A stretch of 42,210 nucleotides of DNA from a virus: the IMG/VR virus record IMGVR_UViG_3300007351_000027; one strand, given 5' to 3'. Position 1 is the first letter of the stretch, and each line of letters opens with the position of its first letter. A program made the position numbers and the translations under genes. This document shows positions 8,994-16,861 of the stretch, in pieces. The notes under the pieces are model-generated. The model searched no databases. It saw only the letters and a program-made list of their open reading frames with translations, and was not told the DNA's origin.

Positions 8994-9033
8994 GGAGCTT
9001 CAAGTGCGTGCAGGCGCTTGGGGCTCCTTTTTT
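8994..9033 (+). terminator. Rho-independent terminator (plus strand), convergent with the int stop codon
   Basis: 14-bp stem GGAGCTTCAAGTGC/GCGCTTGGGGCTCC (three G-U pairs), 6-nt loop, then TTTTTT (9028-9033). Confidence 0.7.
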
Positions 9034-10102
9034 ATTGGGCAGCATCGAGTCGGTCTACGGCTCCGTGATTGATCGTAGGCAGCCATTTCCCGTACGTGTC
9101 TGACGTAAGCTGGATACTGGCGTGTCCCAATTGCCGTTGGACGTACGTAATGGCCTCCCCCTGCTGTAGGAGCAGGGAGGCGTAGGTATGCCGTAGGCAA
9201 TGCGGCGAGAAGTGCTGAGGGAGCCCAGCCGCCTTCAGGATGCGGGACATGGCCCAGCGGACAAATCCGTCTCGCAAGGTCGCTCCGGCTGAATTAGGGA
9301 ACACCCACGGTACACCAGCGTTCCGCTGATTCTGCCAGTCCGACAGCACGGCAGTCAAATGCATCGACATATCGACTGTTCGACCATGCCCAGACTTGGG
9401 CAGCTGCAGCCGGCCTTTTGAGTAGGACCGAGAGACGCGGATCGTTCGATTCGCCAAGTCCAAGTCATCCCACTGCAGCGCCAGGGCCTCCCCGAGACGT
9501 AGCCCTGTGCCGGCCAGGAGGCAGAACAAAGGATACCAACGCTCGTGATTCTTGGCTTCCGTCAGGAACGTCTGCCGCTGTTGTGCTGTCATAGCCTTGA
9601 TTTGTTCTTGCCGCGTTGTGTGCGACGTAACGAGTCGAAGCTGACGCCCCAGCTTCTCAGCCGGATTAGCCGTCAGCAGACCGTCATCAACGGCTGCCCG
9701 CAGGACGGATCGGATTGTGGCGTGAATGCTTCGGACGGTGCTTTTGGAGAGTCCTGCAGAAAGTTTATCGACCAGCAGGGACTTAATGCGGCCTCGGTGG
9801 ATCTGGCGAACGGGTTGTGTGCCAAAAGTGGGAAGGAGATGATCCCGCAGCAGCTGCTGGTAGTTATCAGCAGTGCTCTCTCGGACAGTGCTTTTGATGG
9901 TAGCCAACCAGTGCTGCGTGTATGTGTCCAGGCTGATATTCGCTGCCACGACCGGCTGCGACCACTGGCGAGTCTTCGGACGCTCGATATCAAGGAAGTC
10001 TTCGGCTTCTTGTTTGGTGTCAAACGTCTTCCAGCGACGGAGACCAGCTCCGTCACGCCAATCTGCGACCCATTTCCCTCTTCGTTTCCGTACGCACGCC
10101 AT
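9032..10102 (-). CDS. int: Tyrosine recombinase / phage integrase
   Basis: 356 aa. TGLRLGEALAL (Arg I), HCLRHTYAS (H-x-x-R) and LGHASIQLTSDTYGKW (catalytic Tyr region). The N-terminus is SAM-like. Confidence 0.92.
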   Translation of the reverse strand: MACVRKRRGKWVADWRDGAGLRRWKTFDTKQEAEDFLDIERPKTRQWSQPVVAANISLDTYTQHWLATIKSTVRESTADNYQQLLRDHLLPTFGTQPVRQIHRGRIKSLLVDKLSAGLSKSTVRSIHATIRSVLRAAVDDGLLTANPAEKLGRQLRLVTSHTTRQEQIKAMTAQQRQTFLTEAKNHERWYPLFCLLAGTGLRLGEALALQWDDLDLANRTIRVSRSYSKGRLQLPKSGHGRTVDMSMHLTAVLSDWQNQRNAGVPWVFPNSAGATLRDGFVRWAMSRILKAAGLPQHFSPHCLRHTYASLLLQQGEAITYVQRQLGHASIQLTSDTYGKWLPTINHGAVDRLDAAQ

Positions 10103-10310
10103 GTAGGAAGCCCTCCAACTGTTCTGCTGTCACTCGTACCAGTCGGCCTATCTTAACATGCGGAAGCTTGCCTTGTCTAGCCAATTCGTAGGCTCGATAT
10201 TCAGAGATTTGCAGGATCTGTGCCACCTGTGGCAGTGTGTAAACTCTACGTTCTGGCTGTTCGGGGATGTAGTCACGCTCCCATTCTGCTTGTTCGTTAT
10301 ACTCACCCAT
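10053..10310 (-). CDS. xis: Excisionase-family (MerR-like HTH) DNA-binding protein
   Basis: 85 aa. YTLPQVAQILQISEYRAYELARQGKLPHVKIGRLVRV matches the excisionase/HTH_17 pattern. Lies immediately upstream of and overlapping int. Confidence 0.75.
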   Translation of the reverse strand: MGEYNEQAEWERDYIPEQPERRVYTLPQVAQILQISEYRAYELARQGKLPHVKIGRLVRVTAEQLEGFLHGVRTETKREMGRRLA

Positions 10311-10311
10311 G

Positions 10312-10539
10312 TTACGGGCTGTCTCCCAGCTCTCCGTTGATCAGCTTCTTGTAGTGCTCAATCTCTGCCCGCTGTTCCGCCACGATGTCACGCAGGTCGT
10401 AGTAGGCTGCACGGAAGTAATCCCTATCACCTTCTAGCTGAGTAAATTGACGCTGTAACAGCACAAACGCGCCTAACAAAGTGTTGTAATCGTCTGTCCT
10501 GTATTTTAGCCATTTACGATTCACCCACGGCCACTTCAT
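10312..10539 (-). CDS. Hypothetical protein
   Basis: 75 aa. Overlaps the upstream gene by 4 nt (ATGA-type coupling). Helical and charged. Confidence 0.5.
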   Translation of the reverse strand: MKWPWVNRKWLKYRTDDYNTLLGAFVLLQRQFTQLEGDRDYFRAAYYDLRDIVAEQRAEIEHYKKLINGELGDSP

Positions 10540-10805
10540 TTGCCCACCAGCTGCGATAGTTTGAGAGGCTTAAACATCTGAGCCAGAACCTTATTCCACG
10601 TAGACGACAGTAAACACTCGGGGTAAAGTGCGTCATCTAGAAATCGAGCTGGCATATTGCCGCTTTTCAATGTCTCAATTTCTGTCTCTCTCACCCACTC
10701 TTCCAACCTACTGTATTTTGACTTTAATTCTTCAATCGTTGCAGTAAGTTGAGATACTGCACCAGAGTCGTATCCGCCCAGTAATTCAATTAGCCAGCGT
10801 CTCAT
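10536..10805 (-). CDS. Hypothetical protein
   Basis: 89 aa, in the co-directional early block. No motif recognised. Confidence 0.5.
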   Translation of the reverse strand: MRRWLIELLGGYDSGAVSQLTATIEELKSKYSRLEEWVRETEIETLKSGNMPARFLDDALYPECLLSSTWNKVLAQMFKPLKLSQLVGK

Positions 10806-10817
10806 TTGTAACCCACT

Positions 10818-11030
10818 TCAGCATCCCCCTGCCACAAGCCACCACATGAACGACATCACGGCCAGCGTATACACCAGTACGCCGGCAGCAAATACCAGTA
10901 GTACCGTTCGCAGCACGCCGGCAAGAATGTTCCGCAACGGCTCAGAGTCGTTGCTACCGACTGCCGATTCGGGTGTTTCGTGCTGGAAAATGCTCTTCAA
11001 ATGTCTTTCCAGTGTCCGCATGATACTCAT
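10818..11030 (-). CDS. Small membrane protein (start uncertain)
   Basis: C-terminal TM LRTVLLVFAAGVLVYTLAVMSFMWWLV. Internal ATG 11030 is preferred (GAGG 9 nt upstream) because the track start 11069 overlaps the conserved part of the SLOG gene. Confidence 0.4.
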   Translation of the reverse strand: MSIMRTLERHLKSIFQHETPESAVGSNDSEPLRNILAGVLRTVLLVFAAGVLVYTLAVMSFMWWLVAGGC

Positions 11031-11373
11031 AGACAAAAACCTCGGCTCCATCTCGCTTCGCAATCGCAATCATGTGCCGCGTGCCAGGACTCTGCCCATC
11101 CCACACAGCCAACACTCGATTCGCTAGCCCGAGCATGTATTCATTTCTCAGTCGTCCAGCAGCCTGCCCGTACCGCTTCCACTCTGCCGGACATACCTTT
11201 AGCGGCAACCCGCAGTCCCTGGCAAACTCTTCAGCCCGGGTATCGACTCCGGCTGCTCCACCACTGATCACGGACGTGATTTCCCACGGACACGCCTCAA
11301 TCGCCGCTGCCAGTATCTGCCAGTCGGTGATTGTGCGACTCCCGGCAATGATAGTCTTCACTCTTTCGTCCAC
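10954..11373 (-). CDS. SLOG-superfamily / DUF2493-like nucleotide-binding protein
   Basis: IIAGSR...VISGGAAGVDTRAEEFA...PAEWKRYGQAAGRLRNEYM...VWDGQSPGTRHMI matches the DUF2493 (DprA/LOG-like Rossmann) pattern. GTG start. Confidence 0.65.
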   Translation of the reverse strand: MDERVKTIIAGSRTITDWQILAAAIEACPWEITSVISGGAAGVDTRAEEFARDCGLPLKVCPAEWKRYGQAAGRLRNEYMLGLANRVLAVWDGQSPGTRHMIAIAKRDGAEVFVYEYHADTGKTFEEHFPARNTRIGSR

Positions 11374-11525
11374 CTATTACCAAAACACAAGTACTGCATT
11401 GTTCTCCAAAACCAATTCGGCTCTTTGCCTTTTAACGGCCTCCACACAATACCGTCGCCCTGATGAGCACCAAACAACGAACACTTCCACTCAGAAAAAT
11501 CTGGATGCTGAATGGCGTTCATCAT
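11358..11525 (-). CDS. Small Trp-rich protein (55 aa, below the track cutoff)
   Basis: Hand-translated: MMNAIQHPDFSEWKCSLFGAHQGDGIVWRPLKGKEPNWFWRTMQYLCFGNRWTKE. ATGA overlap with the upstream stop, and overlaps the SLOG GTG start. Confidence 0.5.
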   Translation of the reverse strand: MMNAIQHPDFSEWKCSLFGAHQGDGIVWRPLKGKEPNWFWRTMQYLCFGNRWTKE

Positions 11526-11704
11526 TTCATTGCTCCGACAATCGCCGTCTGTTTGCCAGTCGGTGCCACGATCAGCCGATTCTGCTCTTCTGCCGCCTCT
11601 TGAGCGATATGCGTTAACAGCTTCTCAATCCGCTGCAGCCGGCCTTCATGGTCCTTCAATGTGGCCATGGTGTCTACTCGTCGCTTCTTAATTGGTCTGG
11701 GCAT
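11522..11704 (-). CDS. Hypothetical basic protein
   Basis: Start moved to ATG 11704 (MPRPIKKRRV...), preceded by GGAGAGAGGA. The track start is 11749. Confidence 0.5.
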   Translation of the reverse strand: MPRPIKKRRVDTMATLKDHEGRLQRIEKLLTHIAQEAAEEQNRLIVAPTGKQTAIVGAMK

Positions 11705-11847
11705 CGATTTTCCTCTCTCCAAAATCTGCTGAAAATGTAGCGCCGTCATTAAATTTAACTATTATTTGAGAAGGCACTTCCCCTATTTCATCCGAGATTA
11801 TTAACGCAGCCTTTGCCATACCGTGTGCAGCAGCTACTGCACGCGCA

Positions 11848-12123
11848 CTATTCTCCACTTTGCCTCTCTTTCACGTTGGACAACCAGGATTCCAGCATCT
11901 TTGTCTCTTTCTCGATCTGCTGGAAACTGAACGGCTCCACTTCGTAGCCCCGCGCTTCCGCCGTTTTCACAATCTGCTGTCGGACAGCAGCTAGTGCTGA
12001 GATCCACGCACTCACAATCAGCTCTTCTTCCTCGGCTGTCAGGGAGCCGCCACAGCGTTCTCGTTGACAAAAGATGAAATCCTGGCTCGCTCGATAAATA
12101 TGCTGCCACGCATCTATAATCAT
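11848..12123 (-). CDS. Hypothetical protein (start uncertain)
   Basis: Internal ATG 12123 (MIIDAWQ...) avoids a 70-nt overlap with the HAD gene. No clear SD. Confidence 0.4.
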   Translation of the reverse strand: MIIDAWQHIYRASQDFIFCQRERCGGSLTAEEEELIVSAWISALAAVRQQIVKTAEARGYEVEPFSFQQIEKETKMLESWLSNVKERQSGE

Positions 12124-12145
12124 GTCATTAAATTGCTTTAATCGA

Positions 12146-12625
12146 TCAGCTTCCACTCTGGACTCCAAACGTTGTCGGCGTGACTTCCCGCTGCCAGTTC
12201 TGCAGCTTATGCCCAAATCGCGCTTTTACAGTAGCTACAACATCTTGCCAATACATCTCGTGATCCATACTCGGATCTGGCGGATTTACAATGGAAATGG
12301 CACGATCATCGATACCAAACAATATGTGCGTTGGTTTCGGCAACGGAAACACGTAGTCAATTGGAATGTCATTGTGCTGAGCCCACGCTTTAATTTCTTC
12401 AATGACTTGATTCACGTCTTGATATTTTCCATCAAGCCCAAGCATTGCAGTACGAGCAGTGAAAACCATAATACGTAGGCCCATGTGTTTAAATTCATAT
12501 AGGGCTTTTCGTGCTCCCGGCCTCGGCTTTCCAAAGCGGGGATAGTGATTATCTTCGCAAAGTGTTCCATCCATATCCACCCAGCACCACGGATGGCTTA
12601 CGGGAATATTCGTTTGCTGGCTCAT
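12146..12625 (-). CDS. HAD-superfamily phosphatase (nucleotidase / polynucleotide-3'-phosphatase-like)
   Basis: WVDMDGTL (DxDxT motif I), VFTART (motif II) and GIDDR (motif IV). ATG 12625 shares an ATGA overlap with the upstream micro-ORF. Confidence 0.65.
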   Translation of the reverse strand: MSQQTNIPVSHPWCWVDMDGTLCEDNHYPRFGKPRPGARKALYEFKHMGLRIMVFTARTAMLGLDGKYQDVNQVIEEIKAWAQHNDIPIDYVFPLPKPTHILFGIDDRAISIVNPPDPSMDHEMYWQDVVATVKARFGHKLQNWQREVTPTTFGVQSGS

Positions 12626-12762
12626 TTTCCCACCCACAGCAGACAGAAGTTAGAAGCTGCGTACGTCATCAGAAGTGCAGCTACCCACACAGAACCACGC
12701 AGCCCTTCATACACAGCTCCACCGATGTAGAGTAGTACTGATGCCACCAGAAACCAGTTCAT
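12622..12762 (-). CDS. Small 2-TM membrane protein (46 aa, below the track cutoff)
   Basis: Hand-translated: MNWFLVASVLLYIGGAVYEGLRGSVWVAALLMTYAASNFCLLWVGK. ATGA overlaps at both ends indicate translational coupling. Confidence 0.55.
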   Translation of the reverse strand: MNWFLVASVLLYIGGAVYEGLRGSVWVAALLMTYAASNFCLLWVGK

Positions 12763-13271
12763 ACTTCACCATACCCATCAGGTCGAATATCTGTGCTACG
12801 ACGGCCCCATGAAGGAAATGAAAAACGCCTACCGCCGCCCTTCAAGGAACAATGGTATTCAAAATCGTATTTTATACGACGATCTGCAGGCCCTTCTCTG
12901 CGTTCTAGTGACACTGTTCTGCCGTATTCTAAAATACTCTCCTGCCTCTCCTGCTCTTTCGCAATGCCTAGTCCCAGAGGCATATAGAGGCGCACGTCAA
13001 ATGCCCGGCTCTTCAGTCCCTCAGACTCCACCTTGCCAGTCTTCGCCCATGCCAGCAGTGCCAGAATGTGCTTCATCACGTAGACTGCCCACACAGCCCG
13101 AGGGCCTACCGGCTTCTGACAGTGCGGACAGCAGACCAGCTCGCCTACGGTTTTGAAGTTGTTAAGCCGGTCAGAGTTACCAATTGTGTAATCGGCTCCT
13201 TTCGTCTCCCCGAGCTTCTTATCCTGCTCGATGCACTCGTTTAGTAATTCATTAAATTCTGCAGCTTCCAT
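12759..13271 (-). CDS. DUF1599/MazG-like all-alpha NTP-pyrophosphohydrolase-fold protein (tentative)
   Basis: KGADYT..NSDRLNNFK...AVWAVYVMKHILALLAWAKTG resembles nucleotide-modification-associated domain 1 / MazG-like proteins. Has a basic C-terminal tail. Confidence 0.4.
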   Translation of the reverse strand: MEAAEFNELLNECIEQDKKLGETKGADYTIGNSDRLNNFKTVGELVCCPHCQKPVGPRAVWAVYVMKHILALLAWAKTGKVESEGLKSRAFDVRLYMPLGLGIAKEQERQESILEYGRTVSLERREGPADRRIKYDFEYHCSLKGGGRRFSFPSWGRRSTDIRPDGYGEV

Positions 13272-13627
13272 TCATCACCCTTTCGTGCCAGGTACATCAG
13301 TGTCAGCAAGTGTTCTAGTGTCACAACAGCCAATGCTTCACTGTTATTCCGCCGTGTTACCAGTACTGGACGCCGGCCTACAGCTCTGGCATTCGTCTCT
13401 GCCTGCTTCCAGCAGGCGGGGAGTGAGAACGACTCCACGGCTTTCGCCTCGAATGCCACATGAAGCGGATCTGCCAGCACCGTGTTCAGCGCCATAACAT
13501 CGACGCCCTTCTCGCCCATGATGGCGCACTTCACCAACTCAGGATCATAATTAAACACTTGGATAATTAGATCCCGAATATGCTGTTGCAACCGCCTACC
13601 TTTGGCCTTTGCGCTTTTAGGTTTCAT
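13241..13627 (-). CDS. PD-(D/E)XK nuclease, Holliday-junction-resolvase-like
   Basis: 128 aa. N-terminal KAKGRRLQQ, then GVDVMA...VAFEAKAV (D...E-x-K), then a basic RRPVLVTRRN segment. Confidence 0.5.
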   Translation of the reverse strand: MKPKSAKAKGRRLQQHIRDLIIQVFNYDPELVKCAIMGEKGVDVMALNTVLADPLHVAFEAKAVESFSLPACWKQAETNARAVGRRPVLVTRRNNSEALAVVTLEHLLTLMYLARKGDEWKLQNLMNY

Positions 13628-13946
13628 TGATACACAATCCTTGAAATGCGATTTTCCGCATATCAGCCAAATGTGCTCTGACTGCTTCTATTTGGCCCAC
13701 AGAGCCCAACCCCTGCGTTGGACGAATACCAGCCTCGTAAAGCTGATCCATCAACCGTTGCGCTTGCTCTGGATCTAATCGCAACGTAGGAACATACGGT
13801 TGGCCCGGTCTATATTCAGTTAACGTCAAAGGTTGAGCGACACTACGAGAAATGCCTTCGACTTCCGAATAGAATATGATCTTGTACGTGGGATCAAAAA
13901 AAGTAACTGGCTCCACGAAGCACTTGAGCCTGATGTCTCCTATCAT
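13617..13946 (-). CDS. Hypothetical protein
   Basis: 109 aa, co-directional, short overlaps with both neighbours. Confidence 0.5.
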   Translation of the reverse strand: MIGDIRLKCFVEPVTFFDPTYKIIFYSEVEGISRSVAQPLTLTEYRPGQPYVPTLRLDPEQAQRLMDQLYEAGIRPTQGLGSVGQIEAVRAHLADMRKIAFQGLCINET

Positions 13947-14170
13947 TTACCCCACTCCTTTTGCGACCACTTCTCGTTCAATTCTTCAAGGTCGTGTAAA
14001 ATTTCAAGCACGCCTCGGCCCGAGTCAGTCTTAGGGGTATACGCAGCTCCAAGCAATAAATCATCAGCCACCAGCTTTATTACCTGCTTAAGAATCGTGC
14101 GTTTTGTCTGCCGATACTTTCGGCTTGTCGGAATACCTATGTTGTCCAAAACGTATCTTGGAACACTCAT
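13943..14170 (-). CDS. Hypothetical protein
   Basis: 75 aa. 4-nt overlap with the downstream gene. Confidence 0.5.
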   Translation of the reverse strand: MSVPRYVLDNIGIPTSRKYRQTKRTILKQVIKLVADDLLLGAAYTPKTDSGRGVLEILHDLEELNEKWSQKEWGK

Positions 14171-14175
14171 TTACT

Positions 14176-14412
14176 TCACTTTCTCTTAAACAACAGGCTC
14201 ATTCGCACTTCCCGAGAGTCTGTTAGCACGTCAATGTGTGATTCAAGTTGAGAGTACACACGGCCTGCAATACTTGCAGTGGCTTCCTCCAAATCCCGTT
14301 CAAATTTTGTTATAGCTTCTTTCCGCAATCGCTCAGCCTCTTTGCTGATAGTGCTACGCAGAGCTTCGCTCAAAGCAGACATCAACGTCTCTGTTGTAAT
14401 TTGCGAAGCCAT
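14176..14412 (-). CDS. Hypothetical helical protein
   Basis: 78 aa. Starts directly after the exonuclease stop. Confidence 0.5.
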   Translation of the reverse strand: MASQITTETLMSALSEALRSTISKEAERLRKEAITKFERDLEEATASIAGRVYSQLESHIDVLTDSREVRMSLLFKRK

Positions 14413-15153
14413 CTACTTCTTCTCCCCTTTCCTCGCCCTGAACCAGTGGCCGCAATCATTGCATCGGAATCTGCGATACTTGTTCTGCGTCGTGTACGTA
14501 AACCCGCGAGACTGAAGCGACCGGCTGCCGCAATTCTCGCACGCAGGACGCTCCTGAAACAGCCGAGCGTTCAACCGCGCAGGCACCCACGGAGCCAGCT
14601 TCTTGTACACTCTCGGCAACAATGCCACGTCTCGTCGGTTATACCGCAGCATTTTCAGCAGAGCTAATTCATCACCCCTGATGCAATCCTTCCACAAGTC
14701 GAAATCAGTTTTCAGTTTCTTGCCGACTTTCAATCGCTCTGCCAGATAAACCAGCCTGTTGCTATTGAAGTTAAACACCTTCTTTGCCATCTTCTTCGTG
14801 TCGATTTGCACACACGGAGGAAGAGGCGGAAGTCCATGTATAAGACACTGAGTCATAATCCAACGTATATCGAAGTTGTCTCCGTTATGAGCGCACCAAG
14901 CATCGGCTTGACTCATCACTTCATGCAGCTTCAGCGTCACCTGCCGGTCATCTTTCGGGCTTGCCGGATCAACGCAGACAGACTCAACCTTTGAGCTGCC
15001 ATACCATAGCCAGCTTGCACAAATGATCGTCGCTTCTTCATCTATGTTCTCAGGCGATAAGTACCCGCCGTTGACTTTGAGACGCCAAAAGTATCCTTTA
15101 TTTGGCGTCGTCTCAATGTCCAAAAACAGAATCTTTGGTTTAGAACCACTCAT
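14413..15153 (-). CDS. DnaQ-like DEDD 3'-5' exonuclease with C-terminal zinc ribbon
   Basis: FLDIET (Exo I), HNGDNFD (Exo II), YNRRDV (Exo III), C-terminal CENCG...CNDCG. Start set at ATG 15153 (MSGSKPK) with GGAGAAGG upstream. Confidence 0.7.
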   Translation of the reverse strand: MSGSKPKILFLDIETTPNKGYFWRLKVNGGYLSPENIDEEATIICASWLWYGSSKVESVCVDPASPKDDRQVTLKLHEVMSQADAWCAHNGDNFDIRWIMTQCLIHGLPPLPPCVQIDTKKMAKKVFNFNSNRLVYLAERLKVGKKLKTDFDLWKDCIRGDELALLKMLRYNRRDVALLPRVYKKLAPWVPARLNARLFQERPACENCGSRSLQSRGFTYTTQNKYRRFRCNDCGHWFRARKGEKK

Positions 15154-15253
15154 CACCTTCTCCAGGTCGAGCCGGGGGATCATCTCCCGGCCATGCACCT
15201 AACAGCAGAATGCCGAAGAGCACTGCCGCAAACAGATACAACTCTGAATACAT
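15140..15253 (-). CDS. Possible 37-aa hydrophobic micro-protein
   Basis: Hand-translated: MYSELYLFAAVLFGILLLGAWPGDDPPARPGEGDEWF. ATG directly follows the upstream TAG. Weak evidence. Confidence 0.3.
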   Translation of the reverse strand: MYSELYLFAAVLFGILLLGAWPGDDPPARPGEGDEWF

Positions 15254-15643
15254 CTAGCAATCCTTCCAGTAGCCATTATCAGCAGCCCAATGAATCAAAT
15301 GTTGCTGCTCATACGGCGTGAGTATTCGCATCACGTCCTGCTCTACCGCGTATACACGGTTGTGGTGCCAGCCTGGTTCAAGGCAGTGGATAGCCTCGTG
15401 AACCAGTGTTTCGATCATCTTCACCAGGGATTGCCGAGGATTGATCAGGACTCGGCTGGACGCCATATCAGCCTCACCATACAGTGTCGGCTTAGACAAC
15501 TCCTTGACCGTGAAGACAACTGTGAGCTTGCCATAGCGATAGGCAGCCAAGATACGTTCTTTAATGCTGTCTCGACGTTGCGCTCGCTCAGGGCTAAGCT
15601 TTCTTTCTGCCACGGCTTGCACCTTTCGGCTTTGGCTCTCCAA
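15254..15643 (-). CDS. Small HExxH zinc-metallopeptidase-like protein
   Basis: 129 aa with TLVHEAIHCLEPGWHH (HExxH plus downstream His). Start overlaps the Cas4-like gene end, so the exact start is uncertain. Confidence 0.5.
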   Translation of the reverse strand: MESQSRKVQAVAERKLSPERAQRRDSIKERILAAYRYGKLTVVFTVKELSKPTLYGEADMASSRVLINPRQSLVKMIETLVHEAIHCLEPGWHHNRVYAVEQDVMRILTPYEQQHLIHWAADNGYWKDC

Positions 15644-16349
15644 CCAGCACTCTCAGTGGATAGCGTCCTTCCGGTTTGCAATTTTCGTAGAACGGGCACA
15701 CAGACTGCACTTCACCCTTGTAGATGTTCGCGCACATCCAATCCGGGCACAGGTCTACTTTCGTCGGCTGCTTCGTGTTAACCGCATCGAGCAGCCTATC
15801 TTTCTCCGCAACCAATGCATCCCGGATGTCTTTACGCTCTTGCGCCGTTAACTCGATGCGCCACGACACGATCTCAAGCGTTGAAGGCTTGGAGCCGTCC
15901 CAGCGTCTGCCTGAATTGGTGTAGAGCACGACCACATGGCCGATTGGAGCATCTTCCATAGCCATGTACGCCGTAATCTGATCCACGTACCGGGGCTCGC
16001 ATTCCTCCGGCACAGTGTACTTGCGGGAAGTCTTTAGCTCTGTAGACTCACCGTCAGGCGGGCGTAAGTCTTGCGTACCGACCACTCCACAATGCTTAAC
16101 CTTCTGCTCTGCATACTCAATGCCGCACACATGTTGAAACAGAAGATGCCACGCCTCACCAGCCGCAAAAAGGCCCACCATTTCGTCAGTGACACGTTCC
16201 CCGAGTAGTCGCACCCAATAAGCTTTCCGTGGTGCCAAAAGCTCAGATACATGGACTTCATCAGGTTTCAGCTCCCTCGGCTTACTGAACGCTTCTTTGA
16301 CGAATGACCAGATTTCGTTAGCTCTCGCATTATCTTTTGTAATCCTCAC
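15594..16349 (-). CDS. PD-(D/E)XK exonuclease, Cas4/RecB-like with C-terminal Cys cluster
   Basis: GTQDL...STELKTS (D...E-x-K) and CPDWMC...CPFYENC (four Cys, Fe-S type arrangement). Confidence 0.65.
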   Translation of the reverse strand: MRITKDNARANEIWSFVKEAFSKPRELKPDEVHVSELLAPRKAYWVRLLGERVTDEMVGLFAAGEAWHLLFQHVCGIEYAEQKVKHCGVVGTQDLRPPDGESTELKTSRKYTVPEECEPRYVDQITAYMAMEDAPIGHVVVLYTNSGRRWDGSKPSTLEIVSWRIELTAQERKDIRDALVAEKDRLLDAVNTKQPTKVDLCPDWMCANIYKGEVQSVCPFYENCKPEGRYPLRVLVGEPKPKGASRGRKKA

Positions 16350-16861
16350 GCAACATTCTTTCTCTTGTTCTCTGACTGCTGACGGTTAGTTGCCCATCGG
16401 CAGTTGCTAGGCTCGTAATTGCCATTGACATTAACGCGATCTAGCGTCATACCCGCAGGACGTTCGCCCATGTCTGCCAGGAAGTTTTCAAACTGCAACC
16501 AACGCTCACAGACCTTAATGCCTCTACCTCCGTAATGATGCCAGTCGTGGCGTTTAGCTTGTGTACAACGAGCCACCATACTGCGCCACGATTGATACGT
16601 TGAAGAGGGAGAAGATCCCTGCAAACTATGCCCATGCTTAAATAGCTTACGTCTACCTTCTTTAGTTGCGACCAACCTTCTGCGACACCCACATGATTTT
16701 ATTTCTCCTGATTTGATGTGAGTATACCTCGCGATAAACCACTCTCCGCAGTGACACTCGCACCACCATTGGCTGTGTCCAGAATTAGCAATAGAATGCT
16801 GGCGAACAAGGAGAGAGTTGTCCTTAATTACCTTCATTCCCGCCGCCCTGCTCGCTGCCAT
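16346..16861 (-). CDS. HNH-like (degenerate beta-beta-alpha-Me) endonuclease-family protein, paralogue 1
   Basis: WWCECHCGE...SCGC Zn-cluster and YGGRGIKVCERWLQFENFLADMGERPAGMTLDRVNVNGNYEPSNCRWAT. Clear paralogue of 17405-17887 and 30884-31348. Confidence 0.65.
   Translation of the reverse strand: MAASRAAGMKVIKDNSLLVRQHSIANSGHSQWWCECHCGEWFIARYTHIKSGEIKSCGCRRRLVATKEGRRKLFKHGHSLQGSSPSSTYQSWRSMVARCTQAKRHDWHHYGGRGIKVCERWLQFENFLADMGERPAGMTLDRVNVNGNYEPSNCRWATNRQQSENKRKNVA

Noticed and set aside
8871-9068. 65-aa plus-strand ORF in the attP region
   Set aside because: It runs through the strong intrinsic terminator hairpin and into the int 3' end, has no SD, and overlaps the arm-type repeats.
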